From Ilumatobacteraceae bacterium (lineage in GTDB: Bacteria > Actinomycetota > Acidimicrobiia > Acidimicrobiales > Ilumatobacteraceae), in NCBI GenBank assembly GCA_963705485.1, contig CAVPJT010000004.1:16200-80199 (forward strand): a DNA stretch of 64,000 nucleotides, written 5' to 3'. Both the position numbers and the translations under genes were made by a program. Of the stretch, positions 25,378-36,467 are shown in pieces; within the stretch, counting starts at the first letter, position 1; every line of letters starts with the position of its first letter. The notes beneath the pieces were generated by a model. That model saw only the letters and a program-made list of their open reading frames with translations. It was not told the origin of the DNA and made no database searches.

Positions 25378-25863
25378 TCATCGGGCGAAGACCTGGTCGT
25401 CGTCGGCGAACGCCTTGAACTCGAGCGCGTTGCCGGATGGGTCGAGCAGGAACATCGTCGACTGCTCGCCGACCTCGCCGGCGAAGCGGGTGTGCGGCTC
25501 GATCACGAACGCCGTTCCTGCGGCACGCAGTCGGTCGGCGAGCGCGTCCCACTGCGCCGGTGACAGCAGCACACCGAAGTGGGGTACTGGGACGTCGTCG
25601 CCGTCGACCGGATTGGTGATCGTGCGACCCGCGGTGCCCCCCAGTGGATCGAGGTGGGCGACGAACTGATGGCCGAACAGATCGAAGTCGACCCACGCTC
25701 GCTGCTGCGCGCCCTCGGGACAGCCGAGCAGTTCGCCGTAGAACCCACGGGCAGCGACGAGGTCGTGCGACCGGCATCGCCAGATGGAACCGTGGTGATC
25801 GCGGCTCGCGCGGCCGGTGCGAACCGGGGGCCTGATCCCGTGTTGTCCGATCTGATCCGTCAC
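25378..25863 (-). pseudogene. VOC/glyoxalase family protein, at least 2 frame switches (~25780)
   Basis: FHLAMPV / [99 protein letters not shown]. There is one extra G between GTC and CAC. Confidence 0.65.
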
Positions 25864-26255
25864 AGCGGGAGGACGTAGGTGCCCTGGGCGGTGGCGGTCG
25901 GCTTGTCGATTCGGTCGTCGCACCACACGTGAACCGTGCCGACCACGTTGCGTCGTCCGGCGACGTCGAGCGTCGCCTTCGCCCACAACACCTTGCCCCG
26001 TGCCGGGCGCAGGAAGCGGATCGACAACTCCGAGGTGAGCGCCATCGGCTCGATCCGGCCGGTGGCGCCGAACACGAGATACCACAGCGCGGCGTCGGCC
26101 AGCCCGAACTGTGATGGGCCCGACACGAACGCTCCGGGCCGGAGCTCGGCCTCGGAGATGTCGCGGCGAGCGACGGCGAAGTCGGCACCGATGTCGTCGC
26201 AGGTGTTGTTCGAGCCGGGGAACAGCTGGTCGATCATCTCGTTGACGGCGGTCAC
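25860..26255 (-). CDS. PaaI-family hotdog-fold thioesterase
   Basis: [68 protein letters not shown]. The start is uncertain (GTG 26255 or ATG 26237). Confidence 0.7.
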   Translation of the reverse strand: MTAVNEMIDQLFPGSNNTCDDIGADFAVARRDISEAELRPGAFVSGPSQFGLADAALWYLVFGATGRIEPMALTSELSIRFLRPARGKVLWAKATLDVAGRRNVVGTVHVWCDDRIDKPTATAQGTYVLPL

Positions 26256-26384
26256 CGTGGGCAGCGGTGGCGTCGGCGCGAGTCGTCGTGGCGGCAGACG
26301 GCATGCCCCGACGTTACTGGCGATTGCCGGACTCGGTCCGAGCGAGCTTCCCCTCGGGGGCCGAACCGTGGCATCGTTGCCGCC

Positions 26385-27650
26385 ATGACCGACAGCGACG
26401 ACCACGGCGTCCTTCGATCCGCTCGACCGGGTGGTCGTCGTGGGCGCCTCACTCGCAGGGCTGCGAGCAGCAGAAACGCTCCGACAGCACGACGTCGCCA
26501 CGTCGATCGTGGTCGTCGGCGACGAGGTGCATCGGCCCTACGACCGGCCGCCGCTGTCGAAGAAACTGCTGTCCGGCGAGTGGGAACCCGACCGGATCCA
26601 CCTCCGTCAACCCGACGTGTTCGACGACCTCGACGTCGAGTGGCGTCTCGGCACGCAGCCTCGGCGCCTCGACCTCGCCAGTCGCGAACTCACGCTTGGC
26701 CGACGGATCGGTGCTCGGGTTCGACGGTCTGGTGATCGCAACGGGAGCCCATCCCCGCCGGCTGTCTGGACAGGAGACCTTCGATCACGTCCACGAACTC
26801 CGAACACTCGACGACTCGCTTCGCCTCCGCGAGCGAGATCGCCGACGGTGGACGTCGTGTCGTCGTGATCGGTGCCGGATTCATCGGGCTCGAGGCGGCC
26901 GCCACCGCCAAGACACTCGGCAATGACGTGGTCGTGCTGGAAGGTGCGGCCGCTCCGCTGATCCGAGGCCTCGGGGCCGAGATGGGCGAGGCGATCGCCG
27001 ATCTGCACCGTGCGCACGGTGTCGACGTGCGCTGCGGGGTGCTGATCGAGGGTCTCACTGCCGAGGGCGTCCGGTTGGTCGGGTGGCGAGATCGTGCCCG
27101 CCGATGCGATCGTGGTCGGCATCGGCGTCACGCCGAACACGCACTGGCTGGAGGGCAGTGGTCTGCAAGCTTCGCGACGGCGTGGTGTGCGATGCCAACC
27201 TCAATGCACTCGACGTGTCCGGCGACGTCGCCCGGGCGTGTTCGCGGCCGGCGACGTGGCACGTTGGCCGAACGGGCTCTTCGACGAGGAGATGCGCGTC
27301 GAGCACTGGACGAACGCCGCCGAGCAGGGCGCCCACGTGGCGACGAACCTGCTGGCACCTGGCCGCCGGGGAACCACTCGTAGCCTACGAGCCGCTGCCG
27401 TTCTTCTGGAGCGATCAGTTCGAACATCGGATCCAGTTCCTCGGTCGGGCGGCCGCCGACGACGAGGTGCGGGTGGTCGCCGGTTCGGTCGCCGACTGCG
27501 AAGTTCCTCGCGCTGTTCGGCCGCGACGGTCGATTGCACGGTGCGCTCGGTGTCAACGCCCCGAGATGGGTGATGCCGACCCGCAAGCTCTTTCTCGACC
27601 GCGCCACCTGGGACGAGGCAGTCGCGGCCACCTCCGGCCTCGACGCCTAG
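26385..27650 (+). pseudogene. FAD-dependent pyridine-nucleotide-disulfide oxidoreductase (ferredoxin reductase type), ~8 frame switches
   Basis: The hand-traced path is MTDSDDHG / SFDPLDRVVVVGASLAGLRAAETLR..YDRPPLSK / ADGSVLGFDGLVIATGAHPRRL / [30 protein letters not shown] / [22 protein letters not shown] / [11 protein letters not shown] / [24 protein letters not shown] / [19 protein letters not shown] / [21 protein letters not shown]... Confidence 0.75.
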
Positions 27651-27659
27651 GCTTCGCGG

Positions 27660-28902
27660 ATGACCTCCCGGGTTCGCACACGTCGAACGTCTGGGCCAAG
27701 ACCACCGATCTCCAGGTGGTGAGCGGCCACGGTTGCCGGGTGGTCGACGTCGACGGCAACGAGTACCTCGACTTCACCGCGGGGATCGCTGCGGCATCGA
27801 CCGGTCATTCGCATCCCGAAGGTGGTGCAGGCGATCGCCGATCAGGCCGCTCGGTTCGTCCATGCCCAGCAGAACGTGTACACCCACGACCTGCTCGAAC
27901 CGTTGGCCGCGAAGCTCGACGAGATCACACCGGCGTCGATCGACACGTTCTTCTTCGCCAACTCCAGCGACGAGGTGCTCGAGGTGGCGGTGAAGGTCGC
28001 CAAGCATGCGACGGGACGTCACAACGTCGTCGTGTTCGACGGGGCCTTCCACGGGCGCACCCACCTGACGATGGCGATGTCGACCGCACGGGCGATCGAC
28101 CGCGCCGGCTACGGACCGTTCCCACCGGGTGTCTTCGTGGCGCCGTTCCCCGACCCGCACGCATCGGACCAGGAAGCCGAGGTCAGCAGGGCGCTGCGCG
28201 GCTTCGACCGACTCCTGCAGACCCAGGTGGTCGCCGAGGAGATCGCGGCCATCGTGATCGAACCGGTGATCAGCGAGCGTGGCTACATCCCGACGCCGGC
28301 CGGCCTTCATCACCGGCCTCGCCGAACGCTGCCGCGAACACGGCATCTTGTTCATCGCCGACGAGATCCAGAGCGGCTTCGGTCGCACCGGGAAGATGTT
28401 CGCGATCGAGGCGCACGACGTCGAGCCCGACATGCTCTGCATGGCCAAGGGCATCGCTTCGGGGTTCCCGTTCGCGGCGCTCGGGATGCGCAGGTCGATC
28501 GACGCCAGCTGGCGAGTCGGCAGCCAGGGCGGTTCGACCAATGGCAACCCGATCGGGTGTGCGGCAGCGCTGGCGACCATCGATGTGCTCACCGAACCGG
28601 GCTTTCTCGACAACGTCCACGCCCGCGGCAACCAACTGATCGATGCGCTGCGCGAGATGCAGCAGCTCGATCCGGCGCTGCTGTACGTCCGCGGTCGTGG
28701 GCTGATGGTGGCCACCGAGTTCGACACGCCTGAGCGTGCCGACGCGGTGGTCGCTCACTGCCTTCGCGAGAATCGGGTGATCCTGATGAAGGCCGGCACT
28801 CGCAACCGCACGATCCGCTGGATGCCGCCGCTCGTGGTCACCGCAGACGAGGTGAACGAAGCGACCAAGGCGTTCGCCGCAGCGATTCGCGCCACGGGCT
28901 GA
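27660..28902 (+). pseudogene. class III (GABA/ornithine-type) PLP-dependent aminotransferase, 3 frame switches
   Basis: [34 protein letters not shown] / [46 protein letters not shown] / [49 protein letters not shown] (catalytic Lys). Confidence 0.8.
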
Positions 28903-28912
28903 CGCGTCGTCG

Positions 28913-29395
28913 ATGGCCCGCCTCGATTCGTCCCGCGTCGCGGCGTGGCGGGGACTGCAGGCACTCGTCGGTCAGATCGAACGAGGGCTCGACGAAGAGC
29001 TGCGCGCCGACTGGGACATTCCGCTCGGATGGTTCGACGTGCTCGCGTCGCTGCAGCGTCTCGGTGGTCGAGCGCGACCGCTCGACGTCGCCGCCGACCT
29101 TCGGTTGCCTCCGTCGAGTCTGAGTCGTCGACTCGACCGGCTGCAGGAGGAGGGCTGGATCGCCCGTCATCGCGAGGTGCCAGGCGCCGATCTTCGAGCA
29201 GTCGAGATCGAACTGACGCGGACCGGTCGTCGGTTGTGGCGCGAGATGAACGTGAGCTACCGCCGCGCGCTGCAGGCGCAGTTCGCCGTGCACCTCGACG
29301 ACGGCGACATCGCCCACATCGCTCGAGTGCTCGACACGCTGTTCGGCATCGACGAGCCCACAGAACCGGCCGAGCCGATCACGCCTGGGCTCTGA
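28913..29395 (+). CDS. MarR family transcriptional regulator
   Basis: [64 protein letters not shown]. Confidence 0.8.
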   Translation: MARLDSSRVAAWRGLQALVGQIERGLDEELRADWDIPLGWFDVLASLQRLGGRARPLDVAADLRLPPSSLSRRLDRLQEEGWIARHREVPGADLRAVEIELTRTGRRLWREMNVSYRRALQAQFAVHLDDGDIAHIARVLDTLFGIDEPTEPAEPITPGL

Positions 29396-29416
29396 ACCGA
29401 GGCGTGATCGTCACGT

Positions 29417-31238
29417 TCAGGCGTACATCGCCTCGATCTCGTCCGCGTAGCGAGCGTTGACGCCCCGACGCTTGAGCTTCGAGGTGGGCGTGAGCATGTC
29501 GCTGTCGGGCATCCACTCCTCGCCGACGAGCGTGAACTTCTTGATCTGCTCGACCTGGGCGAACTGCTGGTTGACGTCGTCGATGCCGGCTTGCACCTCA
29601 GCGAGTACATCCGGATCGGTCGACAGCTCGGCGAGCGACAGCGACTCCTTGCCGTGTGACTTCGCCCAGACCGCGGCGGCCTCGGGGTCGAGCACCAGGA
29701 TCGCGGAGACGAACTTGCGGGCGTCGCCGATCGCCGCGGTCTGACCGATCAACGGGATCGTCTTCAGCGCGGCTTCCAGGTTCGCCGGGCTGATGTTCTT
29801 GCCACCGGAGGTGATGATCAACTCCTTCTTCCGATCGACGATCTTGATGTAGCCCTCGTCGTCGATCTCGCCGATGTCGCCCGAGTGCAACCAGCCGTCG
29901 ACGACGGTTTCGGCGGTCTTGTCGGGCTGCTTGAAGTAGCCGAGGAACACGTTGCCGCCGCGGCAGATCACTTCGCCGTCGTCCGCGATCCGCACCTCCA
30001 TGCCATGACAGCCGCGCCCGACGGTACCGATCTTCGGGCGTTCGGGCGAGAACGTCATCGGGCCGGTCGTCTCGGACATGCCGTAGATCTCCGCGAGCGG
30101 GATGCCGATCGCGTTGAACCATTCGAGCACCTGCGTCGGAATCGGCGCTGCGCCGGTGATCGCCAGTTCGACTGCGTCGAGCCCGACGAGCGTCGCGCAC
30201 CATGGAGAACGCCACGCTGTCGAGGAAGTCGAGCGTTGCCTGTTGCTCGTCGGTGAAGTCACCGTCGAGGTTCGACCGGCGGATCTCGATCGCCGCGTTG
30301 ACGCCGTCGTCGAACTGGGCCTTGCGGTCGGGGTCGGCGGCGAGCGCCGCGTTCACGCCGTTGTAGATCTTCTCCCACACCCGCGGGACGCCGAACGCGA
30401 GCTGCGGGTGGACCTCTTTGAGATACTTCGTGAGCTGGTTGGGGTCGGGGCAGCAGTAGACGTCGTAGCCGAGCATCATCGACTGGTAGTGACTGACGGC
30501 CCGCTCCGCGATGTGAGCCATCGGCAGGTACGACACCACCCGCATGCCCACGAAGTCGTCGAAATGGATCGAGCGCTTGAGGATCTCGATCGTGTACACG
30601 ATGTTGTACTGGCTGATCATCACGCCCTTCGGTGGCCCCGTGGTGCCCGAGGTGTAGATCAGGGTCGCGATGTCGTCGGGCTCGGTGAGCGCAGCGAGCT
30701 CGGCAAGGTCGGCGCTGCCGGTGGCGAGGAGTTCGGAGGCCTCGTGGACACCATCGGGCAGCGGTCCCTCGGGCGGCTCGACCACGTAGATGAGTTCGAG
30801 TGCGGGCAGTTCGTCACGGACCTTCAGGATCCGGTCGAGGAACCCCTCGTCCTCGACGATCGCGATGCGTGCCTCGGCATGACCGGCGAGGTACTGGATC
30901 TCTTCCGGCGACGACGAGTTGTAGATGCTCACGGGCGTGGCGCGCAGGAACTGCGCGGCGGCATCGAACCAGTGGAAGTCAGGGCGGTTGCGCATCATCA
31001 GCAGCACCTGCTCTCCAGCGCTGGCGCCCGCAGCGGCCAACCCGGCCGCCGCCTTGGCGACCTGGTCGGCGAATTCTTGGATCGACCAGCTGTTCCAGCC
31101 GCCGTCCTCGCGCATCGAGTGCAGCGCCGGTGAGGTCGGATGGGCACGCACCAGCTCGAGAAAGTCGCGCGGCACGGTGCGATCCGCCGCAGCGGCGTCG
31201 ACCTCGGCGATGGTGGACAGGGGCGTCAGTGAACTCAT
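29417..31238 (-). pseudogene. long-chain fatty acid--CoA ligase (AMP-dependent synthetase), 1 frame switch (~30200)
   Basis: ATLIYTSGTTGPPKGVMISQYN (AMP-binding motif), then after the switch ITGAAPIPTQVLEWFNAIGIPLAEIYGMSETTG, WLHSGDIGEIDDEGYIKIVDRKKELIITSGGKNISP. Confidence 0.85.
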
Positions 31239-31296
31239 GTGCTCATTGTCACACGGACCGCCGCTCGGGGAAACCCTCACCGGATATCGTGACCGG

Positions 31297-31563
31297 ATGC
31301 CCGCCTTGTCGACCGTGATCTGGGTCGGTGTCGGGCTGGTTCTCGGCTACGTCCTGTGGAAAACCGGGATCATGATGCTCCGCAGCATGACGTCGATGCC
31401 CCCAGAACCACCACCGACCGGTGAGCTCCGCAAGGTGAACCGCAGGTATCGGTGCGATGTCTGCGGGGTGGAATTGAGGTTGACGATGGCCCCCGACGAG
31501 GATCCGCCGCCGCCGAGGCATTGTCTCGAGGACATGACCGAGGTCGCGCCGCTCTACGACTGA
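31297..31563 (+). CDS. small membrane-anchored protein with a Cys-rich motif (hypothetical)
   Basis: An N-terminal TM helix (LSTVIWVGVGLVLGYVLW), then RYRCDVCGVEL...PRHC. Confidence 0.5.
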   Translation: MPALSTVIWVGVGLVLGYVLWKTGIMMLRSMTSMPPEPPPTGELRKVNRRYRCDVCGVELRLTMAPDEDPPPPRHCLEDMTEVAPLYD

Positions 31564-31667
31564 TCGTCCTCGGGCACGCCAGGGCCAGTTTGTCCACAGG
31601 GGTGTGGACGAACTGGGGGTGAATCACACCCGTGTGGTTCCGCCGGGCATGTTCAGGTGGTGGATCG

Positions 31668-31994
31668 CTAGCGCCACTTGGTGGCGGTGTAGAGCCCACC
31701 CAGGATCATCACGAGCCCGAGCAGGGTCGGGATGTTGCTGTCGGTGAAGATCAGGTAGCGGGCCATGATCATCAGCCCGCCACCGATGAGCAGCACGAGC
31801 ATGATCACCGGGATCCAGTTCGGTGGCACGAGTTGACGGCGCTGCGCCTTGGGCGTGTAGCGCGACGATGCCGCGACATCGTGGTGCTCGCCGTGGTGCT
31901 TGTCGCTACTGGTCTTGGCGACGTGGCGGTCTTCTGGTCGCGTCCCTTTCGGAGTGACCCGTCCACCACCCGTCTTTCGCTTCGGGGGAGCCAT
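31668..31994 (-). CDS. crgA: cell division protein CrgA
   Basis: A basic N-terminus (PPKRKTGGGRVTPKG), SSRYTPK and two TM helices (NWIPVIMLVLLIGGGLMIMARYL / LLGLVMILGGLYTATKWR). It occupies the conserved position next to trpG/pknB. Confidence 0.8.
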   Translation of the reverse strand: MAPPKRKTGGGRVTPKGTRPEDRHVAKTSSDKHHGEHHDVAASSRYTPKAQRRQLVPPNWIPVIMLVLLIGGGLMIMARYLIFTDSNIPTLLGLVMILGGLYTATKWR

Positions 31995-32074
31995 GCGGAG
32001 ATGAGCATAGGGGACCGGAGTGGCCGGTGCATTCCCAACGTGTGCAGCGGGCGCCGAGACTCCATACTTGGTGC

Positions 32075-32686
32075 ATGACGGCGACAGCGGCACGAACGGC
32101 CACAGCGGCTCCCCGTGTCCTGGTGATCGACAGCTACGACAGCTTCGTCTACAACCTCGTGCAGTACCTCGGGGAGCTCGGCGCGGACCCGTTGGTGGTG
32201 CGCAACGACCAGCTGACGGTCGACGAGGCAGTGGCGCTGGCGCCCGACGCTGTGTTGCTCTCACCCGGTCCTGGCCGCCCGGAGACGAGCGGCATCATCT
32301 GCGAGGCCATCGGTGCCTTCGCCGCGTTGGGAACGCCGGTGTTCGGCGTGTGCCTCGGGCACCAGGCGATCGGTCACGTCTACGGCGCTGACGTCGTGGG
32401 AGCACCCGAGTTGATGCACGGCAAGACCTCGCCGATCCTGCACGACGGTGCCGGCGTGTTCGCCGGCCTGCCGTCGCCGTTGACCGCGACTCGCTACCAC
32501 TCGCTCACCTTGGCTCCCGGCAGCATCCCCGACGAGCTGGTCGTCACGGCCCGCAGCGCCGACGGGGTCGTCATGGGGGTGCGCCATCGCACGCTCGAGG
32601 TGGAGGGTGTGCAGTTCCATCCGGAGAGCATCCTCACCGGGCACGGTCACGATCTGCTGCGAACGTTCCTCTCGCGCATCGGCTGA
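32075..32686 (+). CDS. trpG: anthranilate/aminodeoxychorismate synthase component II (glutamine amidotransferase)
   Basis: VLVIDSYDSFVYNLVQYLGELG, PVFGVCLGHQAIG (catalytic Cys) and GVQFHPESILT. Confidence 0.9.
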   Translation: MTATAARTATAAPRVLVIDSYDSFVYNLVQYLGELGADPLVVRNDQLTVDEAVALAPDAVLLSPGPGRPETSGIICEAIGAFAALGTPVFGVCLGHQAIGHVYGADVVGAPELMHGKTSPILHDGAGVFAGLPSPLTATRYHSLTLAPGSIPDELVVTARSADGVVMGVRHRTLEVEGVQFHPESILTGHGHDLLRTFLSRIG

Positions 32687-32716
32687 CCGACCAGCCGCGG
32701 AGGTCTCCGCGAACCG

Positions 32717-34825
32717 TCAGGGGACGGTGGTGGTCGTCGACGGCGGTGGAGCAGTCGTGGTCGTCGCCGGCGGTGCCGTTGTCGTGGTGGTCGGCGGAAT
32801 CGTCGTCGTTGGCGGTGCGGTGTTGCGGGCCACGATGATGGTGATCTCGGTGCCGGGAGGGACCAGCGAGCCGACCGAGAGGCTCTGAGAGATGACCCGA
32901 CCATCCTCGGCGGGCCCGAAGTCGCCGTCTTGATAGCTGACCACCGGGATCAGGCCGATCTCGGTGAGCGTGTTGCGAGCTTGTGCCTCGGTGCGGCCGA
33001 CGACGACCGGGACACGGACGTCCTCCGGCCCGCTCGACACGATGATGAGGACCTCGCTGCCCTTCTCGATCAGCTCGCCGGGCCCGGGGCGGATTTCCAT
33101 GACGGTGTTCTCCGGCACGGTCGGACTCGAGCGGACGTCGGTGGTGACGACGAACTCGTACGGGGGTGCTTCGAGCACGCTGCGCGCCTCGACCTCGGTC
33201 ATGCCGATCACCTCGCCCGGCACCTGCACGCTCGACGGCGGGGCCGACACGACGAGGTTGACCTCGGAGCCCTGCAACGCCGGCGTCTCGGGAGCGGGGT
33301 CGCTGCTGATGACGGTGTCCTCAGCGACGTCCTCGCGCTCTTCGGTGGTGATCTCTCCGACCACGAATCCTTCGGCGGCCAGACGTGTGCGCGCCTCCTC
33401 TGACGACAGCCCGACCACGTTCGGGATCGGCACCAACTGCGTATCAGGGTTGTAGAAGACCTCAACGGTCTGGTCCTGCAGGATCAGCGTGCCGGCGACC
33501 GGGTCGGTCTTGAACACGAAGTTCGGCGGCACGAGGTTGTTCTCCTCGGCGGTGGTCGTGAAGCGGATCTCCTTGGCGGTGAGGTCAGCGGTCACTTCGT
33601 TCAGCGGGCGGTTCGTGTAGTCGTCGAGGACGAACTCCTGGGTCTCCTCGGTGCCGCCATCGTCGCTCAGGGCCTGGAAGAGCAACACGCCGCCGATGAC
33701 CAACAGGATCAGCGCCACGAACGCGCCGAGCGCGTACCAACCGGTGCGCGACCCGTTGGTGTCGTAGTACATCGCATCGGCGGACGCACCGGTCGGATAT
33801 CCCGCCTCCAGCATTCCCGTCGATGGCACGTTGGTTGCCCGAGGGGCCCCCGCCGGCATCATCCCGGTGGGCGCGGTCGTGGGGTTCACCGTGGTCGCTC
33901 CGACGACTGCGCCTGCCGCGGCGGCGCCGGCGATCGTGGCGGCACGGTTCTGCGCACCTTGCGCCGCAGCGAGTGCCTGCACCGGTTCGTCGTTGCGGAA
34001 GCGGCGCAGATCGTCGCGGAGCGCCATGCCACTCGGATAGCGCAGCTTGGGGTCCTTGGCCAGCAGCTTCGCCACGATCGCTTCGAACGACCGGGGAACG
34101 TCGGCAACGATCTGCACGAGCGGCTGCGGTGCGTCGTGCACCTGCTTGTAGGCGATGCTCACCGGATTCTCGCCGGTGAACGGCGGACGGCCTGCCACCA
34201 TCTCGTACATCACGATGCCGAGCGAATACAGATCGCTGCGGGGGTCGGGCTGTGCGCCCTGTGCCTGTTCGGGCGAGAAGTACGTCGCGGTGCCCATCAC
34301 CGAGCCGACCTGCGTGAGGTTCGACTCGGTCGGAGCGTTCAGGGCCCGAGCGATGCCGAAGTCGGCCACCTTCACCTGACCGTTCGTGCCGATCAGAATG
34401 TTGGCCGGCTTGATGTCGCGGTGAGCGACATGGTTGTCGTGAGCGAACCCGAGCGCAGCGGCCACCTCACTGGCGATCTCGGCGGCCTGCTTCGACGTGA
34501 GCTGTTTGTTGGTCGACAGGATTTCGGCGAGCGTTCGGCCCTGCACCTCCTCCATCACGATGAAGTAGGTGCCTTCGTACTTGCCCCAGTCGTAGACGTT
34601 GACGATGTTCGGGTGCGACAGGCTGGCCGCCGATTGCGCTTCGCGACGGAACCGCTCGACGAAGTTGGCGTCGGTGGCGAACTCGGGGAACAGGACCTTC
34701 ACAGCGACTTGGCGGTCCAGGAGGAGATCGCGCGCGGAGAACACGTCGGCCATGCCGCCGCGTCCGATCCGCTTGTGGATCTCGTACCGGTCGTTGATGA
34801 CCGTCGCCTGTCCGTTGTTGGTCAC
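32717..34825 (-). CDS. pknB: Ser/Thr protein kinase PknB with PASTA repeats
   Basis: RYEIHKRIGRGGMADVF, VAVKVL, HRDIKPANIL, DFGIA and a TM segment. These are followed by four PASTA-like repeats and a Thr/Pro-rich tail. Confidence 0.95.
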   Translation of the reverse strand: MTNNGQATVINDRYEIHKRIGRGGMADVFSARDLLLDRQVAVKVLFPEFATDANFVERFRREAQSAASLSHPNIVNVYDWGKYEGTYFIVMEEVQGRTLAEILSTNKQLTSKQAAEIASEVAAALGFAHDNHVAHRDIKPANILIGTNGQVKVADFGIARALNAPTESNLTQVGSVMGTATYFSPEQAQGAQPDPRSDLYSLGIVMYEMVAGRPPFTGENPVSIAYKQVHDAPQPLVQIVADVPRSFEAIVAKLLAKDPKLRYPSGMALRDDLRRFRNDEPVQALAAAQGAQNRAATIAGAAAAGAVVGATTVNPTTAPTGMMPAGAPRATNVPSTGMLEAGYPTGASADAMYYDTNGSRTGWYALGAFVALILLVIGGVLLFQALSDDGGTEETQEFVLDDYTNRPLNEVTADLTAKEIRFTTTAEENNLVPPNFVFKTDPVAGTLILQDQTVEVFYNPDTQLVPIPNVVGLSSEEARTRLAAEGFVVGEITTEEREDVAEDTVISSDPAPETPALQGSEVNLVVSAPPSSVQVPGEVIGMTEVEARSVLEAPPYEFVVTTDVRSSPTVPENTVMEIRPGPGELIEKGSEVLIIVSSGPEDVRVPVVVGRTEAQARNTLTEIGLIPVVSYQDGDFGPAEDGRVISQSLSVGSLVPPGTEITIIVARNTAPPTTTIPPTTTTTAPPATTTTAPPPSTTTTVP

Positions 34826-34943
34826 TGTGTGCTCTCTCCGCCGCCACGTCCGTACGCAGCGCTGGACAAGGTTACCGACTGGTCACGGTGCGTGAGCTGC
34901 AGCCCACCTCGACGGATGATTCCCGACGCCACGAGCAGCGCGC

Positions 34944-36467
34944 TCACCCGCCGGCCCCTGGGGCCGACGTGGCCGGTTGCGCTCCGGGGCCGGTGAGGAG
35001 GAAGTCGAGCATCCCCTTCGCGAGCGGGCCGGCGAGGCGTCCCCCGGTCGCGGCGACGTCGGCGGTCGACTGGACGTTGGTGAGGACCACCGACACCGCG
35101 TACTGCGGATCGTCGGCCGGAGCGAACGCAACGATCCAGGCGTGCGACAGGTCGGGGTTCGTCGGGTCGCCGAGTTCGGCGGTTCCGGTCTTGGCCGCCA
35201 CCGGGATCCCACCGTTCAGCGCGATGCAGCAGCTCGCCGTCCCGCGCTCGGCCACCCCGATCATCAGTTGACGTTCGATTTCCGCGGTCTGCGGGGAGAT
35301 CGGGGTCTTCCACACCCGGGGGCTCGTCCGGTCGAGCACGCGGCCGTCGTTGTCGTAGGTCGCCTGCACGGCGTACGGCGCCATCATCCGGCCACCGTTG
35401 CCCACGGTGGCCGCCACCATCGCCATGTGCAGCGGCACCATCTGCACCTCGCTCTGGCCGAAGCCGCGGATGGCGAGCAACGGCAGTTCCTGCGCGAGGT
35501 TGTCGGTGTTGCCGAACGTGCTGGCCGCCGGTCGTGGCAGGTCGATCGGCAAGGGTTCGCCGATCCCCCACGCTTGGGTGCCGGCGACCATGGCCTCGGG
35601 GCCGAGGAACGTGGCGAGCTGGGCGAATGGGATGTTGCAGCTGCGGGCGAACACCGTGGCCAAGTCACCGCCACAGAGGCTGCCGTTGTAGTTCTGGATG
35701 GGATCGTTGGTCTGTGGAGGAACCCACTCGCGTTCGTTGGCGAAGACCGACTCGAGCGTGGCCGCACCGTTCTCGAGCGCGATGCCCGTCGTCATCACCT
35801 TGAACGTCGAGCCCGGCATGTACCGCTCCTGGTAGGCCTGCGCCAACAGCGGGCTGCCTGGAGCATTCTGGAGTTCGGTGATGATCCCCTGGGCGACGTC
35901 GAAGTCCGCGTTCACGAACGTGTTCGGATCGAACGTGGGGTTGCTGTACATGGCGCGGATGGCGCCGGTCTTCGGCTCGATCACGGTGATCGACCCGGTC
36001 CTGCCACCGAGCAGGAACTGGGCAGCTTCCTGGGCGTCGTTGCGGACGGCGAGCTCGACGGTTCCCGTCGATCCGGTTCCGCCGGTGAGCAGGTCGCCGA
36101 GGCCGCGCACCTGTTGTTCCGTGGTCGAACCGGTGAGGACGTCGCCGTACATGCGCTCCACCTGGGTCGAACCGAAGGCGAACGTGAAATAGCCGGTGAT
36201 GTCGGCGAGCAGATCGCCGGTCGGGTACTCGCGCCGGAAGTCGTATGGCTGACCGGGCGCCGTCGGGATCGACAGTGCAGCGACGATGCCGTCGCTGGTC
36301 ACGATCGGTCCACGCGGCTTGTTGAACTCGCGCAGCACTTGGCGGGTGTTGTCGAAGCGGGCGTCGAGTTCCTGCTTGCGCCCCACCTGCCAGTAGTTGA
36401 GCGCAACGAACAACACGACGTAGCAGGCGATCAGCCCGAGCGCGAGCTGGCGGATCTGGCGGTTCAC
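34944..36467 (-). CDS. pbpA: penicillin-binding protein A (class B transpeptidase)
   Basis: PGSTFKV (SxxK), a transpeptidase domain and AAKTGTAE (KTG). A GTG start at 36467 gives a GTGA overlap with the rodA stop. The alternative start is 36524. Confidence 0.9.
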   Translation of the reverse strand: MNRQIRQLALGLIACYVVLFVALNYWQVGRKQELDARFDNTRQVLREFNKPRGPIVTSDGIVAALSIPTAPGQPYDFRREYPTGDLLADITGYFTFAFGSTQVERMYGDVLTGSTTEQQVRGLGDLLTGGTGSTGTVELAVRNDAQEAAQFLLGGRTGSITVIEPKTGAIRAMYSNPTFDPNTFVNADFDVAQGIITELQNAPGSPLLAQAYQERYMPGSTFKVMTTGIALENGAATLESVFANEREWVPPQTNDPIQNYNGSLCGGDLATVFARSCNIPFAQLATFLGPEAMVAGTQAWGIGEPLPIDLPRPAASTFGNTDNLAQELPLLAIRGFGQSEVQMVPLHMAMVAATVGNGGRMMAPYAVQATYDNDGRVLDRTSPRVWKTPISPQTAEIERQLMIGVAERGTASCCIALNGGIPVAAKTGTAELGDPTNPDLSHAWIVAFAPADDPQYAVSVVLTNVQSTADVAATGGRLAGPLAKGMLDFLLTGPGAQPATSAPGAGG

